Part shown: positions 40,461 to 50,459 of the stretch, one piece after another
Numbering within the stretch: position 1 is the stretch's first letter
How the letters are laid out: each line of letters starts with the position of its first letter
Assembly (NCBI GenBank): GCA_963739725.1
Contig: CAVUBS010000018.1
Span: 366-64,365, forward strand
Reading direction: 5' to 3'
Length of the DNA stretch: 64,000 nucleotides
Source: an uncultured Alphaproteobacteria bacterium
GTDB lineage: Bacteria; Pseudomonadota; Alphaproteobacteria; Acetobacterales; Acetobacteraceae
Translations under genes and position numbers: made by a program
The notes under the pieces: generated by a model
The model's database searches: none
Told to the model about the DNA's origin: nothing
Seen by the model: the letters and a program-made list of their open reading frames with translations, nothing else

Positions 40461-41466
40461 ATGACAACGACAACACGACGCGCACTGATCGGCGGCGCGC
40501 TCGCGGCACCGCTGCTGGCGCGCCGCGCCCGTGCGGCGGAGTATTCCTGGAAGTTCGCCCACACCGCGCCGCTGACATTCCCGTTCCATATTCGCCTGGC
40601 CGAGGCGGCCGAGCAGATCGGCAAGGATTCGAATGGACGGATGGAACTGCAGATCTTTCCCGATGCGCAGCTTGGCGGCGACAACGACCTGCTGTCGCAG
40701 GCGCGCGCCGGCGCCATCGAGTTCTGCCAGCCGACCGGGCAGATCCTGGCCTCGATCCTGCCGGTCACCGCGATCAGCGCGCTCGGGTTCGCCTGGCCGG
40801 ACTATGCCAAGGTCTGGCCGGCGATGGACGGCGACCTGGGGAAATACATCCGCACGCAGATCGCCGCGAAGTCCGGGCTGGTGGCGATGGACCGGATGTG
40901 GGACCTGGGCTTCCGCCAGATCACCACGAGCAACCGGCCGATCCGGAACGCCGACGATCTGGTGGGGCTGAAGATCCGCGTCCCGGTGGCGCCGAGCCTG
41001 GTGACCCTGTTCAAGACGCTGAAGGCGGCGCCGCTGTCGATGCAGTTCACCGAGGTCTACTCGGCGCTGCAGACGCATATCGCGGACGGGCAGGAGAACC
41101 CGCTGACGCTGATCAAGGTGACGAAGCTCTACGAGGTGCAGAAATACTGCTCGCTCACCAACCATGTCTGGGACGGCCACTGGCTGTGCTGCAACGCCGC
41201 GGCCTGGAAGGGATTGCCGGACGACCTGAAGGCGATCGTGGCGCGCAACCTGAACGCCGCGGCGCTGCGCGAGCGCGACGACATCGCCAAGGGCGACACG
41301 CTCGGTGCAGGCGGATCTCGAAAAGGCTGGGCTGGTGTTCAACACCGCCGAGACGCAGAGCTTCCGCGACGGGCTGAAGGCGGGCGGGTTCTACAAGGAG
41401 TGGCGCGCCAAGCTCGGCGACGAGCCGTGGGCGATCCTGGAGCAATACGCGGGCGCGCTGGGATAA
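40461..41466 (+). pseudogene. TRAP transporter substrate-binding protein (DctP family), frame broken once near the 3' end
   Basis: MTTTTRRALIGGALAAPLL (Tat/Sec-like signal), then WKFAHTAP...GAIEFCQPTG...LKIRVP...MQFTEVYSALQTHIADGQENPL (frame 0). The tail VQADLEKAGLVFNTAETQSFRDGLKAGGFYKEWRAKLGDEPWAILEQYAGALG is in frame 1. The break is near 41300-41305. Confidence 0.88.
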
Positions 41467-41477
41467 AGGCAACGACA

Positions 41478-41570
41478 GGTTCACCACAAAGACACGAAGG
41501 CACGAAGGAGGGCCGCGCACGCGGCTCTCGGTCGATGCTCCTTCGTGTCTTTGTGTCTTCGTGGTGAAGC
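41478..41570. repeat. Palindromic intergenic element, family A variant (CACGAAG arms) between convergent dctP and mutL
   Basis: ggttcaccacaaagacacgaaggcacgaaggag ... ctccttcgtgtctttgtgtcttcgtggtgaagc. It could act as a bidirectional terminator (inference). Confidence 0.75.
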
Positions 41571-41583
41571 TTTCTTACTGCTG

Positions 41584-43323
41584 CTACCGCCGCCCGAACA
41601 GCCGCTCGATCTCGGCCTTCGACAGCTTGAGGAAGGTCGGCCGCCCGTGGCTGCATGTGGCGGCCCGCGGCGTGGCCTCCATCTGACGCAGCAGCGCATC
41701 CATCTCGGCCGCCGTTGAGCCGCCGCCCGGCGCGGATCGAGCCGTGGCACGCCAGCCGCGCGATCACCGCATCGAGCCGTGCGGACAGCGCCGTCGCCTC
41801 GTCGAGTTCCGCCAGTTCATCGGCCAGGTCGCGCAGCAGCGGCCCCGGATCGGGCGCGCCGAGCGCGGCGGGCAGCGCGCGGACCAGCACCGCGCCGGGG
41901 CCGAACGCCTCGATTTCCAGGCCAAGCCGGGCCAGTTCGTCGCCGCGCGCCAGCAGCCGCTGCGCATCGGCCGGCGGCATGTCCACCACGGCGGGCAGCA
42001 GCAGCGGCTGCGACCGCACGCCGCCGTCGAGCATCTGTTCGCGCAGCGCCTCATGGGTCAGCCGCTCGTGCGCGGCGTGCTGATCGACCAGCACCAGCGA
42101 GCCGTCGCCGGCGACCGCGATCACGTAGGTGTCGAGCACCTGTGCCACCGGCGCGCCAAGCGGATGGTCCGGGTGCGGATCGGCCGCTGGCAGCATGCGC
42201 GCCGCCGGCGCGGCACCGAAGGCCAGCTGGCGCCTCGGCCATGCCCGGCAGCGGGACCGATCGGTACGGCACCGGGTACGGCGCGCGCGAATGCACCAGA
42301 TGCAGCGCAGGCCGCGGTGCCGGCAATGCGGTGCCGGCGCCGCCCGCCAGCGCCCGCTGCAGGCTGCCGATCACCAGCGAGCGCACCGCGCCGACGTCGC
42401 GGAAGCGAAGCTCGGTCTTGGCGGGATGCACGTTCACGTCCAGGTCGTCGGCCGGCAGGTCGAGCCAGAGTGCGACGATGGGATGGCGGCCGGCGGCGAT
42501 CACGTCGCGATAGGCGACGCGCACCGCGCCCTTCAGCACCGGATCGGCGACCGGCCTGCCGTTCACCGTGAGCGCCTGCGCCGCACCGGTGGCGCGCGTC
42601 ACCGCGGGCGAGCAGGCATGGCCCGCGATGCGCAGCGCGCCGCGCTCGCCGGCGACCGTGACCATCGCATCCGCCGCCTCCGCGCCGAACAGCGCCGCGA
42701 CCCGCGCCTCGCGCGACCTGCGGCGGCAGGTCGAACGCGACGCGCCCGTCGCTCTCCAGCCGGAACGCGACCGAGGGCGCCGCCAGCGCCAGGCGCCGCA
42801 CCGCCGCCTCGGCGTGGTCGGCCTCGGTGCGCGGATGCTTGAGGAACTTGCGCCGTGCCGGGGTGGCGAAGAACAGGTCGCGCACCACGACACGGGTGCC
42901 CGGCGCGCCCGGCGGCGGGGCCGACGTCGGACAGCCGCGCCGCCCTCGACGCGGATTTCCGAGGCGTGCGCCGCGTCGCGCGGGCGCGAGGTGATGGCGA
43001 GACGTGCGGCGGCGCCGATCGACGGGCAGCGCCTCGCCGCGGAAGCCGAGCGTGGCGATGCGCACCAGGTCGTCGTCGAGCAGCTTCGAGGTGGCGTGGC
43101 GCAGCACCGACAGCGCGAGCGAGGCCGCGTCCATGCCGCTCCCGTCGTCGGTCACCTCGATCCGGTCGATGCCGCCGCCGTCGAGCGCCACGGCGATGCG
43201 GGTGGCGCCGGCGTCGAGCGCGTTCTCCACCAGTTCCTTCACCGCGGCGGCAGGGCGCTCGATCACCTCGCCGGCGGCGATGCGGTTGATGGTGTGCGCG
43301 GGCAGGATGCGGATCGGCGGCAT
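41584..43323 (-). pseudogene. mutL: DNA mismatch repair protein MutL, reading frame broken at least six times
   Basis: MPPIRILPAHTINRIAAGEVIERPAAAVKELVENALDAGATRI...GFRGEALP (ATPase domain). Conserved blocks SIGAAARLAITSR, GTRVVVRDLFFATPARRKFLK, DVNVHPAKTELRF, VLVDQHAAHERL and [21 protein letters not shown] lie in successive frames. Breaks are near 43018, 42939, 42907, 42715, 42200-42330 and 41712. Confidence 0.9.
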
Positions 43324-43357
43324 GGCGTCAGGGCGCGGTGGCGGATGGGAGGAAGGA

Positions 43358-43503
43358 AGAATTTAACACGGAGGAGACGGAGGCCACACGGAGGACACGG
43401 AGAGAAGACTTTTGCGCTTCGCGCAGGGCGTTTCGTGGCGCGAAGCGCAATTCATATGCTTTCCGTGAACTCCGTGTGGCCTCCGTGGCCTCCGTGTTGA
43501 AAT
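43358..43503. repeat. Long palindromic intergenic element, family A copy 2
   Basis: aatttaacacggaggagacggaggccacacggaggacacggagag ... gcgcttcgcgca..ggcgcgaagcgc ... gaactccgtgtggcctccgtggcctccgtgttgaaat. Confidence 0.8.
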
Positions 43504-43687
43504 CGTTTGCGTCCGGCGGCACGGACACAGCATCGCGACCCCCATGCAGCGCGGCCACGCAACTCGCATACTCGTTCATGGCAGAACCATACGCCGCTCC
43601 CCGCCGGTTTCCGAGTGCCGGCTTCCCTGCCCCCGCCGGTCATGCGATCCTCGCGCAACCGCGACACCCGCAATTCAGGAGAGACCG

Positions 43688-44402
43688 ATGATCGAGCTCT
43701 ACGGCATGGGCAGCCCCAACGTCGTCAAGATCTACATCGCGCTGGAGGAACTCGGCCTGCCCTACACCGTGCACCCGGTGGACGTGTTCACCGGCAGGCA
43801 GTTCGACCCGGCATTCCTGAAGCTCAACCCGATGGCCAAGGTGCCGGTCATCACCGACAGCGACGGCCCCGGGGGCAAGCCCTGCACGCTGTTCGAGTTG
43901 GGCGCCATCCTGCTCTATCTCGCCGAGAAGACCGGCAAACTGCTGCCCCAGGACACAGCCGCGAAATACGCGGCAATCGAGTGGATGATGGTGCAGATGA
44001 CCACCGTCGGCCCGATGTTCGGCCAGGCCGTGCACTTCATACGGTTCGCCCCGCCCGGCAACGACTATTCCAAGAGCCGCTACGTCACCCAGGTGCATCG
44101 CGTGTTCGAGGCGATCGACCGGCGCCTGGGCGAGACGCGCGTGGCTCGGCGGCGCCGACTATGGCATCGCCGACATCGCCACCTACCCATGGGCGCGTGC
44201 CATGCCGACGCTGCTCGGCGCCGACACGGCGGCGAAGTACAAGAATGTGCAGCGCTGGGTCGGGACGATCGACGAACGCCCGGCGGTGAAGCGTGCGCTC
44301 GCGGCGGTGGACGACGTCCGCGGCAGGACGACGCAGTTCGACAAGGCGCAGCCCGAGATGCTCGACAAGGTGTTCGGCCGCGGCCAGTTCGCCGCCGCCT
44401 GA
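43688..44402 (+). pseudogene. Glutathione S-transferase, Nu-class paralogue, frame broken once
   Basis: MIELYGMGSPNVVKIYIALEELGLPYTVHPVDV...LNPMAKVPVITDSDGPGG (frame 2) is followed by WLGGADYGIADIATYPWARA...ERPAVKRALAAV...FGRGQFAAA* (frame 0). The break is near 44138-44143. Confidence 0.88.
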
Positions 44403-44412
44403 ACCGCGCCGA

Positions 44413-44970
44413 GTGGACGGGACCTTGGACCGGACGTTGGACCGGACCCCCTGGCAGGCGCAGGTCTATGCCGCGCTGAAGGCTGCGCGCATCGGCCTGG
44501 TCGGCTACGTGCCGGACGCCGGCCACGCCCACCTGATCGAGGCCGCGCATGCCGACCCCGATGTCCGCGCCGTCGTGCTGACCACCGAGGAGGAGGGCAT
44601 CGCGCTCGCGGCCGGCGCCTGGCTGGGCGGGGTGCGCGCCGTACTGCTGATGCAGTCCTCCGGCGTCGGCAACTGCATCAACATGCTGTCGCTGCCGGTG
44701 AACTGCCGCATGCCGTTCCTCACCCTGGTGACGATGCGGGGCGAGTGGGCCGAGTTCAATCCCTGGCAGGTGCCGATGGGCGCCGCCACCCCGGCCGTGC
44801 TGACCGCCGCCGGCGTGCATGTCCGCCGCGCCGAACGCCCCGACGATGCGGCGGAGATCGTCGCGGCCGCGGCGGCGCTCGCCTTCGACAGCGCCGTGCC
44901 GGTCGCGGTGCTGCTGTCCCAGCGGCTGATCGGCGCCAAGGATTTTGCGACCAAGGGGCACGCGACATGA
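44413..44970 (+). CDS. TPP-dependent decarboxylase, alpha (N-terminal PYR-domain) subunit, ComD / phosphonopyruvate-decarboxylase-like
   Basis: WQAQVYAALKAARIGLVGYVPDAGHAHLIE...VVLTTEEEGIALAAGAWLGG.RAVLLMQSSGVGNCINML. There is no ATG, so the start is probably GTG 44413 or TTG 44425. A 12-bp repeat covers the first codons. Confidence 0.72.
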   Translation: MDGTLDRTLDRTPWQAQVYAALKAARIGLVGYVPDAGHAHLIEAAHADPDVRAVVLTTEEEGIALAAGAWLGGVRAVLLMQSSGVGNCINMLSLPVNCRMPFLTLVTMRGEWAEFNPWQVPMGAATPAVLTAAGVHVRRAERPDDAAEIVAAAAALAFDSAVPVAVLLSQRLIGAKDFATKGHAT

Positions 44971-45548
44971 GGCAGGACGGGACGCTGAACCGTCGCGCGG
45001 TCGCCGCAACGCTGCTGCGCGACCCGAGCGAGATGCTGGTGGTCACCGGGCTCGGCGCGCCCACCTACGACGCCGCCGCCGCCGGCGACCGGGCGCTGAA
45101 CTTCTACCTCTGGGGCGCGATGGGCGGCGCGGCGATGACGGGCCTCGGCCTGGCGCTGGCGCAGCCGTCGCGCCGCGTGCTGGTGCTGACCGGCGACGGC
45201 GAGATGCTGATGGGCCTGGGCGCGCTCGCCACCATCGGCGCGGCAGCTCCCGCCAACCTCGCCATCGCGGTGCTGGACAACGCGCGCTATGGCGAGACCG
45301 GCTCGCAGCACAGCCATACCGGGCTCACCACCGACCTCGCCGCGGTGGCCGCCGCGTGCGGCTGGACCGCCACCGCCACCGCGCACACCATGTCCGATGT
45401 CGCCGCACTCGCCCCCCGCCTGCGCCGCGAGGCGCTGTTCGCGGTGATCCGCATCGCGGCCGAGGAGGAGCCGCGCCATCTGCCGTCGCGGGACGGCGCC
45501 CATCTGGCCGACCGGTTCCGCCGCGCGCTCGGCGTCGCCGGCGACTGA
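44967..45548 (+). CDS. TPP-dependent decarboxylase, beta (PP-domain) subunit, ComE / phosphonopyruvate-decarboxylase-like
   Basis: The ATG at 44967 overlaps the alpha stop (ATGA). LWGAMGGAAMTGLGLALA...VLVLTGDGEMLMGLGALATI...IAVLDNARYGETG carries the GDG-X-N thiamine-PP binding motif. 193 aa. Confidence 0.78.
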   Translation: MRQDGTLNRRAVAATLLRDPSEMLVVTGLGAPTYDAAAAGDRALNFYLWGAMGGAAMTGLGLALAQPSRRVLVLTGDGEMLMGLGALATIGAAAPANLAIAVLDNARYGETGSQHSHTGLTTDLAAVAAACGWTATATAHTMSDVAALAPRLRREALFAVIRIAAEEEPRHLPSRDGAHLADRFRRALGVAGD

Positions 45549-45789
45549 CCCGGGCGACCGGTTCGGGCGACCGGCTCGGACGATTTTGTAACGGCTGGTA
45601 TCGCCCGTCTTGATCCAATCGCCGAGACCATGATTTTCACGCTGGCGATTGCGCTGCATTTCGCCGAGAATGCGAGGTTAGGGCAAGACATAACGATCTG
45701 TTCATGTCCGGTGCAGGGCCAGGGAAGGTTTCAAACGTGGATTGTGCATTGCAGCACAAGGCTGACGATGGGAATTCGGATGTCGATTC

Positions 45790-47001
45790 GTGACTGAGGC
45801 GACGGCAAAGCGGTCGCGCAAGGGCTGGTTGTTGGGGTTCGCGGTCGCAATCGCGGCGGCGGTCGCGCTCGGCCTGATCGTCGACGAGCGTCCGACCGCA
45901 CAGCAGGCCCGCCCGCCGAGCGCCGCGCCGCTGGTTCCGGTCAGCGCCGTGCGCGCCACGCGCCAGGACGTGCCGATATACCTGAAGGGCCTCGGCGCGG
46001 TGCAGGCGTTCAGCTCGGTCCTGGTGCGCGCCCGCGTCGACGGCACGCTCATGCAATTCCCCGTGACCGAGGGCCAGGAGGTCAAGCAGGGCGACCTCAT
46101 CGCCGTGATCGATCCGCGTCCCTTCCAGGCGGCACTCGACGCGGCGATGGCGAAGAAGAGCCAGGACGATGCCGACCTCGTCAATGCCAAGAGTGACCTG
46201 ACGCGCTATGCCGCGCTCGAGCAGAAGAGCTTCGCCTCGCATCAGCAGGTCGACACGCAGCAGGCGCTGGTCAATCGCACGACCGCCCTGATTGCCGGAG
46301 ACGATGCGGCGATCGAAACGGCCAAGCTCAACCTGAGCTATTGCTTCATCACCTCGCCGATCCAGGGCCGCATCGGCCTGCGCCAGGTCGACCCCGGCAA
46401 CATGGTGCATGGCGCCGACGCCGCCGGGATCGTCACGATCACGCAGATCCATCCGATCTCGGTACTGTTCACCGTGCCCCAGGACAGCCTGCCGCGCATC
46501 AACCTCGCGATGGAGGCGGGCAAGCTGCCGGTGACCGCGTTCGCGGCCGATGACCGGACCCAGCTCGACCAGGGCACGCTGCTGACGCCCGACAACGCCA
46601 TCGATTCGAGCACCGGCACGATCAGGCTGAAGGCCACCTTCCCGAACCCGCACAACACGCTGTGGCCCGGGCAGTTCGTCAATGCGCGTCTGCAGCTGGG
46701 CACCGAGCAGAACGCGCTGACCATTCCCTCGGTCGCGGTGCAGCACGGGCCTGCCAGTCTCTATGCGTATGTCGTCGGTCCGGATGCCTCGGTGTCCCGC
46801 CAGACGCTGGAGGTGAGCCGCGACGACGGGACGCTGGCGGTGGTCGCCAGTGGCCTGACCGAGGGCCAGCAGGTGGTCACCGCAGGCCAGTCGCGCCTGC
46901 AGTCCGGCACCAAGGTGGCCGTGAACGAGACTGCGTCGCCGGCGGCCGGCCCGCAGGCCGCAGCACCGCAGGCGGACGCGCCGGCCAAGCCGGGCGGGTG
47001 A
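45790..47001 (+). CDS. RND efflux pump periplasmic adaptor (MdtA-like membrane fusion protein)
   Basis: 403 aa, GTG start. There is a membrane anchor followed by RARVDGTLMQFPVTEGQEVKQGDLIAVIDPRPFQAAL (lipoyl/hairpin region), and the gene lies upstream of an RND permease. Confidence 0.88.
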   Translation: MTEATAKRSRKGWLLGFAVAIAAAVALGLIVDERPTAQQARPPSAAPLVPVSAVRATRQDVPIYLKGLGAVQAFSSVLVRARVDGTLMQFPVTEGQEVKQGDLIAVIDPRPFQAALDAAMAKKSQDDADLVNAKSDLTRYAALEQKSFASHQQVDTQQALVNRTTALIAGDDAAIETAKLNLSYCFITSPIQGRIGLRQVDPGNMVHGADAAGIVTITQIHPISVLFTVPQDSLPRINLAMEAGKLPVTAFAADDRTQLDQGTLLTPDNAIDSSTGTIRLKATFPNPHNTLWPGQFVNARLQLGTEQNALTIPSVAVQHGPASLYAYVVGPDASVSRQTLEVSRDDGTLAVVASGLTEGQQVVTAGQSRLQSGTKVAVNETASPAAGPQAAAPQADAPAKPGG

Positions 47002-47078
47002 GGACACGTGGCAGAGGACGCGTGGCTGGGACACGTGAGTAAGTGGGACACGTGAGTAAGTGGGACACGTGAGCAAGA
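47001..47078 (+). repeat. Tandem array: five GGAC(A/G)CGTG cores, the last three as a 17-bp repeat (GGGACACGTGAGTAAGT)
   Basis: aggacacgtgg cag aggacgcgtgg ct gggacacgtgagtaagt gggacacgtgagtaagt gggacacgtgagcaaga. The array starts at the last base of the adaptor-gene stop (TGA 46999-47001) and ends 20 nt before the RND ATG (47098). Confidence 0.9.
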
Positions 47079-47097
47079 CAGGGGGACCGACGGTCGC

Positions 47098-50000
47098 ATG
47101 AGCATCTCCACGCCCTTCATCCGCCGCCCGGTCGCCACGTCGCTGCTGATGGCGGCGTTCGTGCTGGTCGGCATCGCCGCCTATCCGCTGCTCCCCGTCG
47201 CCCCCCTGCCCCGCGTCGATTTTCCCACCATCTCGGTGAATGCCAAATTCCCCGGCGCCAGTCCCGACACCATGGCGAGCACGGTGGCGCAGCCGCTCGA
47301 ATACCAGTTCGCCCAGATCGCCGGCGTGGCACAGCTCACCTCGGTCAACGTGCTGGGGCAGTCGCAGATCACCATCCAGTTCGAGCTGGAGCGCAACATC
47401 GACGCCGCCGCCGGCGACGTGCAGGCGGCGATCAATGCCGCCAGCGGCCAGTTGCCGAAGAACCTGCCGTCGGCGCCCACCTACCGGAAGGTCAACCCGT
47501 CCGACTCGCCGATCATGATCCTCTCGGTGCAGTCCGATGCGATGCCGCTGATCAACGTGGACGACTACGCCGACAACATCCTGTCGCAGCAGATCTCGCA
47601 GATCACCGGCGTGGCGCAGGTGTTCATCGGCGGCGAGCAGAAGCGCGCCGTGCGCGTGCAGGCCGACCCCGGCAAGCTGGCGGCGATGGGCCTCACGCTC
47701 GAGGACGTGCGCGGCACGCTGATCAACTCCACGGCGAACGCGCCGAAGGGCACGGTGGATTCCGCGCACCGCACCTATGCGCTGCTACGCCAACGACCAG
47801 CTTACGAAGGCGTCCGAATACGAGAACGTCATCCTGTCCTACCGCAACGGCGCGCCCGTGCGGGTCAAGGACATCGGCACCGCCGTGGACGGCGCCGAGA
47901 ACAACCTGCTGGCCGGCTGGCAGAACGGCCAGCACGGCATCATCCTGGTGGTGTTCAAGCAGCCCGGCGCCAACGTGATCGAGACCGTCGATCGCATCAA
48001 GGCCGCGCTCCCGGCGCTCGAGGCCGCCATCCCGCCGGCGGTGCATGTCAGCGTGATCATGGACCGCACGCTCACCATCCGCGCCTCGGTGCACGACGTG
48101 CAGTTCACGCTGATGCTGTCGATCAGCCTGGTCGTGATGGTGATCTTCCTGTTCCTGCGCAGCGTCTGGGCCACCATCATCCCGTCGATCACCGTGCCGG
48201 TGGCGCTGATCTGCACCTTCGCGGTGATGTACCTGCTCAGCTACAGCCTCGATAATCTGTCGCTGATGGCGCTGACGATTGCGGTCGGCTTCGTGGTCGA
48301 CGATGCCATCGTGATGCTGGAGAACATCTACCGCCACGTCGAGGACGGCATGGCGCCGATGGAGGCGGCCCTGAAGGGCGCCGGCGAGATCGGCTTCACC
48401 ATCGTCTCGATCAGCTTCTCGCTGATCGCGGTGTTCATCCCGCTGCTGCTGATGGGCGGCATCGTCGGCCGCTTGTTCCGCGAGTTCGCGATGACCGTCA
48501 CCATCGCGGTCGTGGTCTCCTGCATCGTCTCGCTCACGCTGACGCCGATGATGTGCTCGCGCTTCCTGCGCCACGACAACGGCCAGCACGGCCGCTTCTA
48601 CCGCACCATCGAGGGCTTCTTCGACGCGCTGATCGGCGGCTATCGCCGCACGCTCGACATCGCGCTGCGGTTCCAGTTCATCACCCTGCTCGTCTTTCTC
48701 GCGACTGTTTCCATGACGGTCGTGCTCTACATCTACATCCCGAAGGGCTTCTTCCCGCCGCAGGACACCGGCGTGGTGCTCGGCGTGAGCGAGGGCGCAC
48801 AGGACGTCTCGTTCGCCGAGATGTCGCGCATCCAGTCGGCGCTCGACGACATCGTGGCGAGTGATCCCGACGTGCAGGGCTATGGCGCCACGGTGGGTGC
48901 GGGCATCGGCGGGCAGACCGAGAACAACGGGCGCATCTACATCGCCCTCAAACCATGGGATCAGCGGGTCGGCGGAACCGCGCAGAACTTCATCAACCGC
49001 ATCCGTCCGAAGCTGCAGAAGGTGATGGGCGGCGCGCTCTATCTGCAGGCGGCGCAGGACATCCGCGTCGGCGGGCGGCTGACCAAGACCGAGTTCCAGT
49101 ACACGCTGCAGGACGCCGATCTGGCGGAGCTGTACCAGTGGTCGCCGAAGATCCTCGACAAGCTGCAGAGCCTGCCGATGCTGCGCGACGTCACCACCGA
49201 CCAGCAGATGGCCGGCATGACCGCAACGCTGACCATCGACCGCGACCAGGCGGCGCGCTTCGGCGTGCAGCCGCAGGTGATCGACGACACGCTGTACGAC
49301 GCGTTCGGCCAGCGGCAGATCACGCAGTACTTCTCGCAGGTGAACTCCTATCACCTGATCCTCGAGGTGATGCCCGACCAGCTCGCCGCGGTCGACACGC
49401 TGAACAAGCTGTATGTCAGATCGAGCACCGGCCAGGCGGTGCCGCTGTCCACCTTCGTGAAGTGGACGACGACGCCGGTGCAGCCGCTGTCGATCAGCCA
49501 CCAGAGCCAGTTCCCGGCGGTGACGATCTCGTTCAACCTGGCACCCGGCGCCGCGCTGGGTCAGGCGGTCGACGCGATCAACGCGGCGGTGCGCCAAATG
49601 GGCGTGCCGATCACCGTACAGGGCACGTTCCAGGGGACTGCGCAGGCGTTCCAGTCCTCGCTGTCGACGCAGCCCTATCTGATCGCCGCGGCACTGATCA
49701 CCGTCTACATCATCCTCGGCATTCTGTATGAGAGCTACATCCTGCCGCTGACCATTCTGTCCACGCTGCCATCGGCCGGCGTGGGCGCGCTGCTGATGCT
49801 GCTGATCATGCACTACGAGCTGTCGGTGATCGCACTGATCGGCGTGATCCTGCTGATCGGCATCGTCAAGAAGAACGGCATCATGATGGTGGACTTCGCC
49901 ATCACCGCCGAACGCCGCGACGGCGAAACGCCGCTGAACGCAATCCGCCAGGCGTGCCTGCTGCGCTTCCGCCCGATCATGATGACGACGATGGCGGCAC

Positions 50001-50224
50001 TGCTGTCGGGTCTGCCGCTGATGCTGGGCAACGGCGCCGGGTCGGAACTGCGGCGTCCGCTCGGGTGCGCCATGGTCGGCGGGCTGATCCTGAGCCAGGC
50101 ACTCACGCTTTACACGACGCCGGTGATCTATCTGTATCTCGACCGGCTGCAGCACTGGCTGGCGCCGCGGCGTCATCGCATGCCGGTGCTTGCCGAAAAG
50201 ATGGAATCGGCGGCGGCCGACTGA
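47098..50224 (+). pseudogene. RND multidrug efflux permease (MdtB/MdtC/AcrB family, about 1041 aa), frame broken once
   Basis: MSISTPFIRRPVATSLLMAAFVLVGIAAYPLLPVAPLPRVDFPTISV (frame 1) is followed by YANDQLTKASEYENVIL...DDAIVMLENIYRHVEDG... to the end (frame 2). The break is near 47781-47787. Confidence 0.92.
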
Positions 50225-50227
50225 GGG

Positions 50228-50392
50228 CGAAGCAAGCGAAACAGGGTTCACACAGAGAACACCGAGAAAGAAAGCAGCCACAGAGAGCCACCGAGGAAGC
50301 AGGAATTTGGCGCTTCGCGCGAAGCGCATTTACTTGCTGACTCCGTGGTTCTCGGTGGTCCTCAGCGGCCTCTGTGTGGAACCTTCCTGGCG
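50228..50392. repeat. Long palindromic intergenic element, family A copy 3
   Basis: gttcacacagagaacaccgagaaag..agccacagagagccaccgaggaagc ... gcgcttcgcgcgaagcgc ... ctccgtggttctcggtggtcctcagcggcctctgtgtggaac. Confidence 0.8.
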
Positions 50393-50459
50393 CGCCGGCT
50401 CTGGTATTTTGGCGACATGCGTCGCAAAGTTCCCCCGAACATCACCGGGGAAGAAACCA

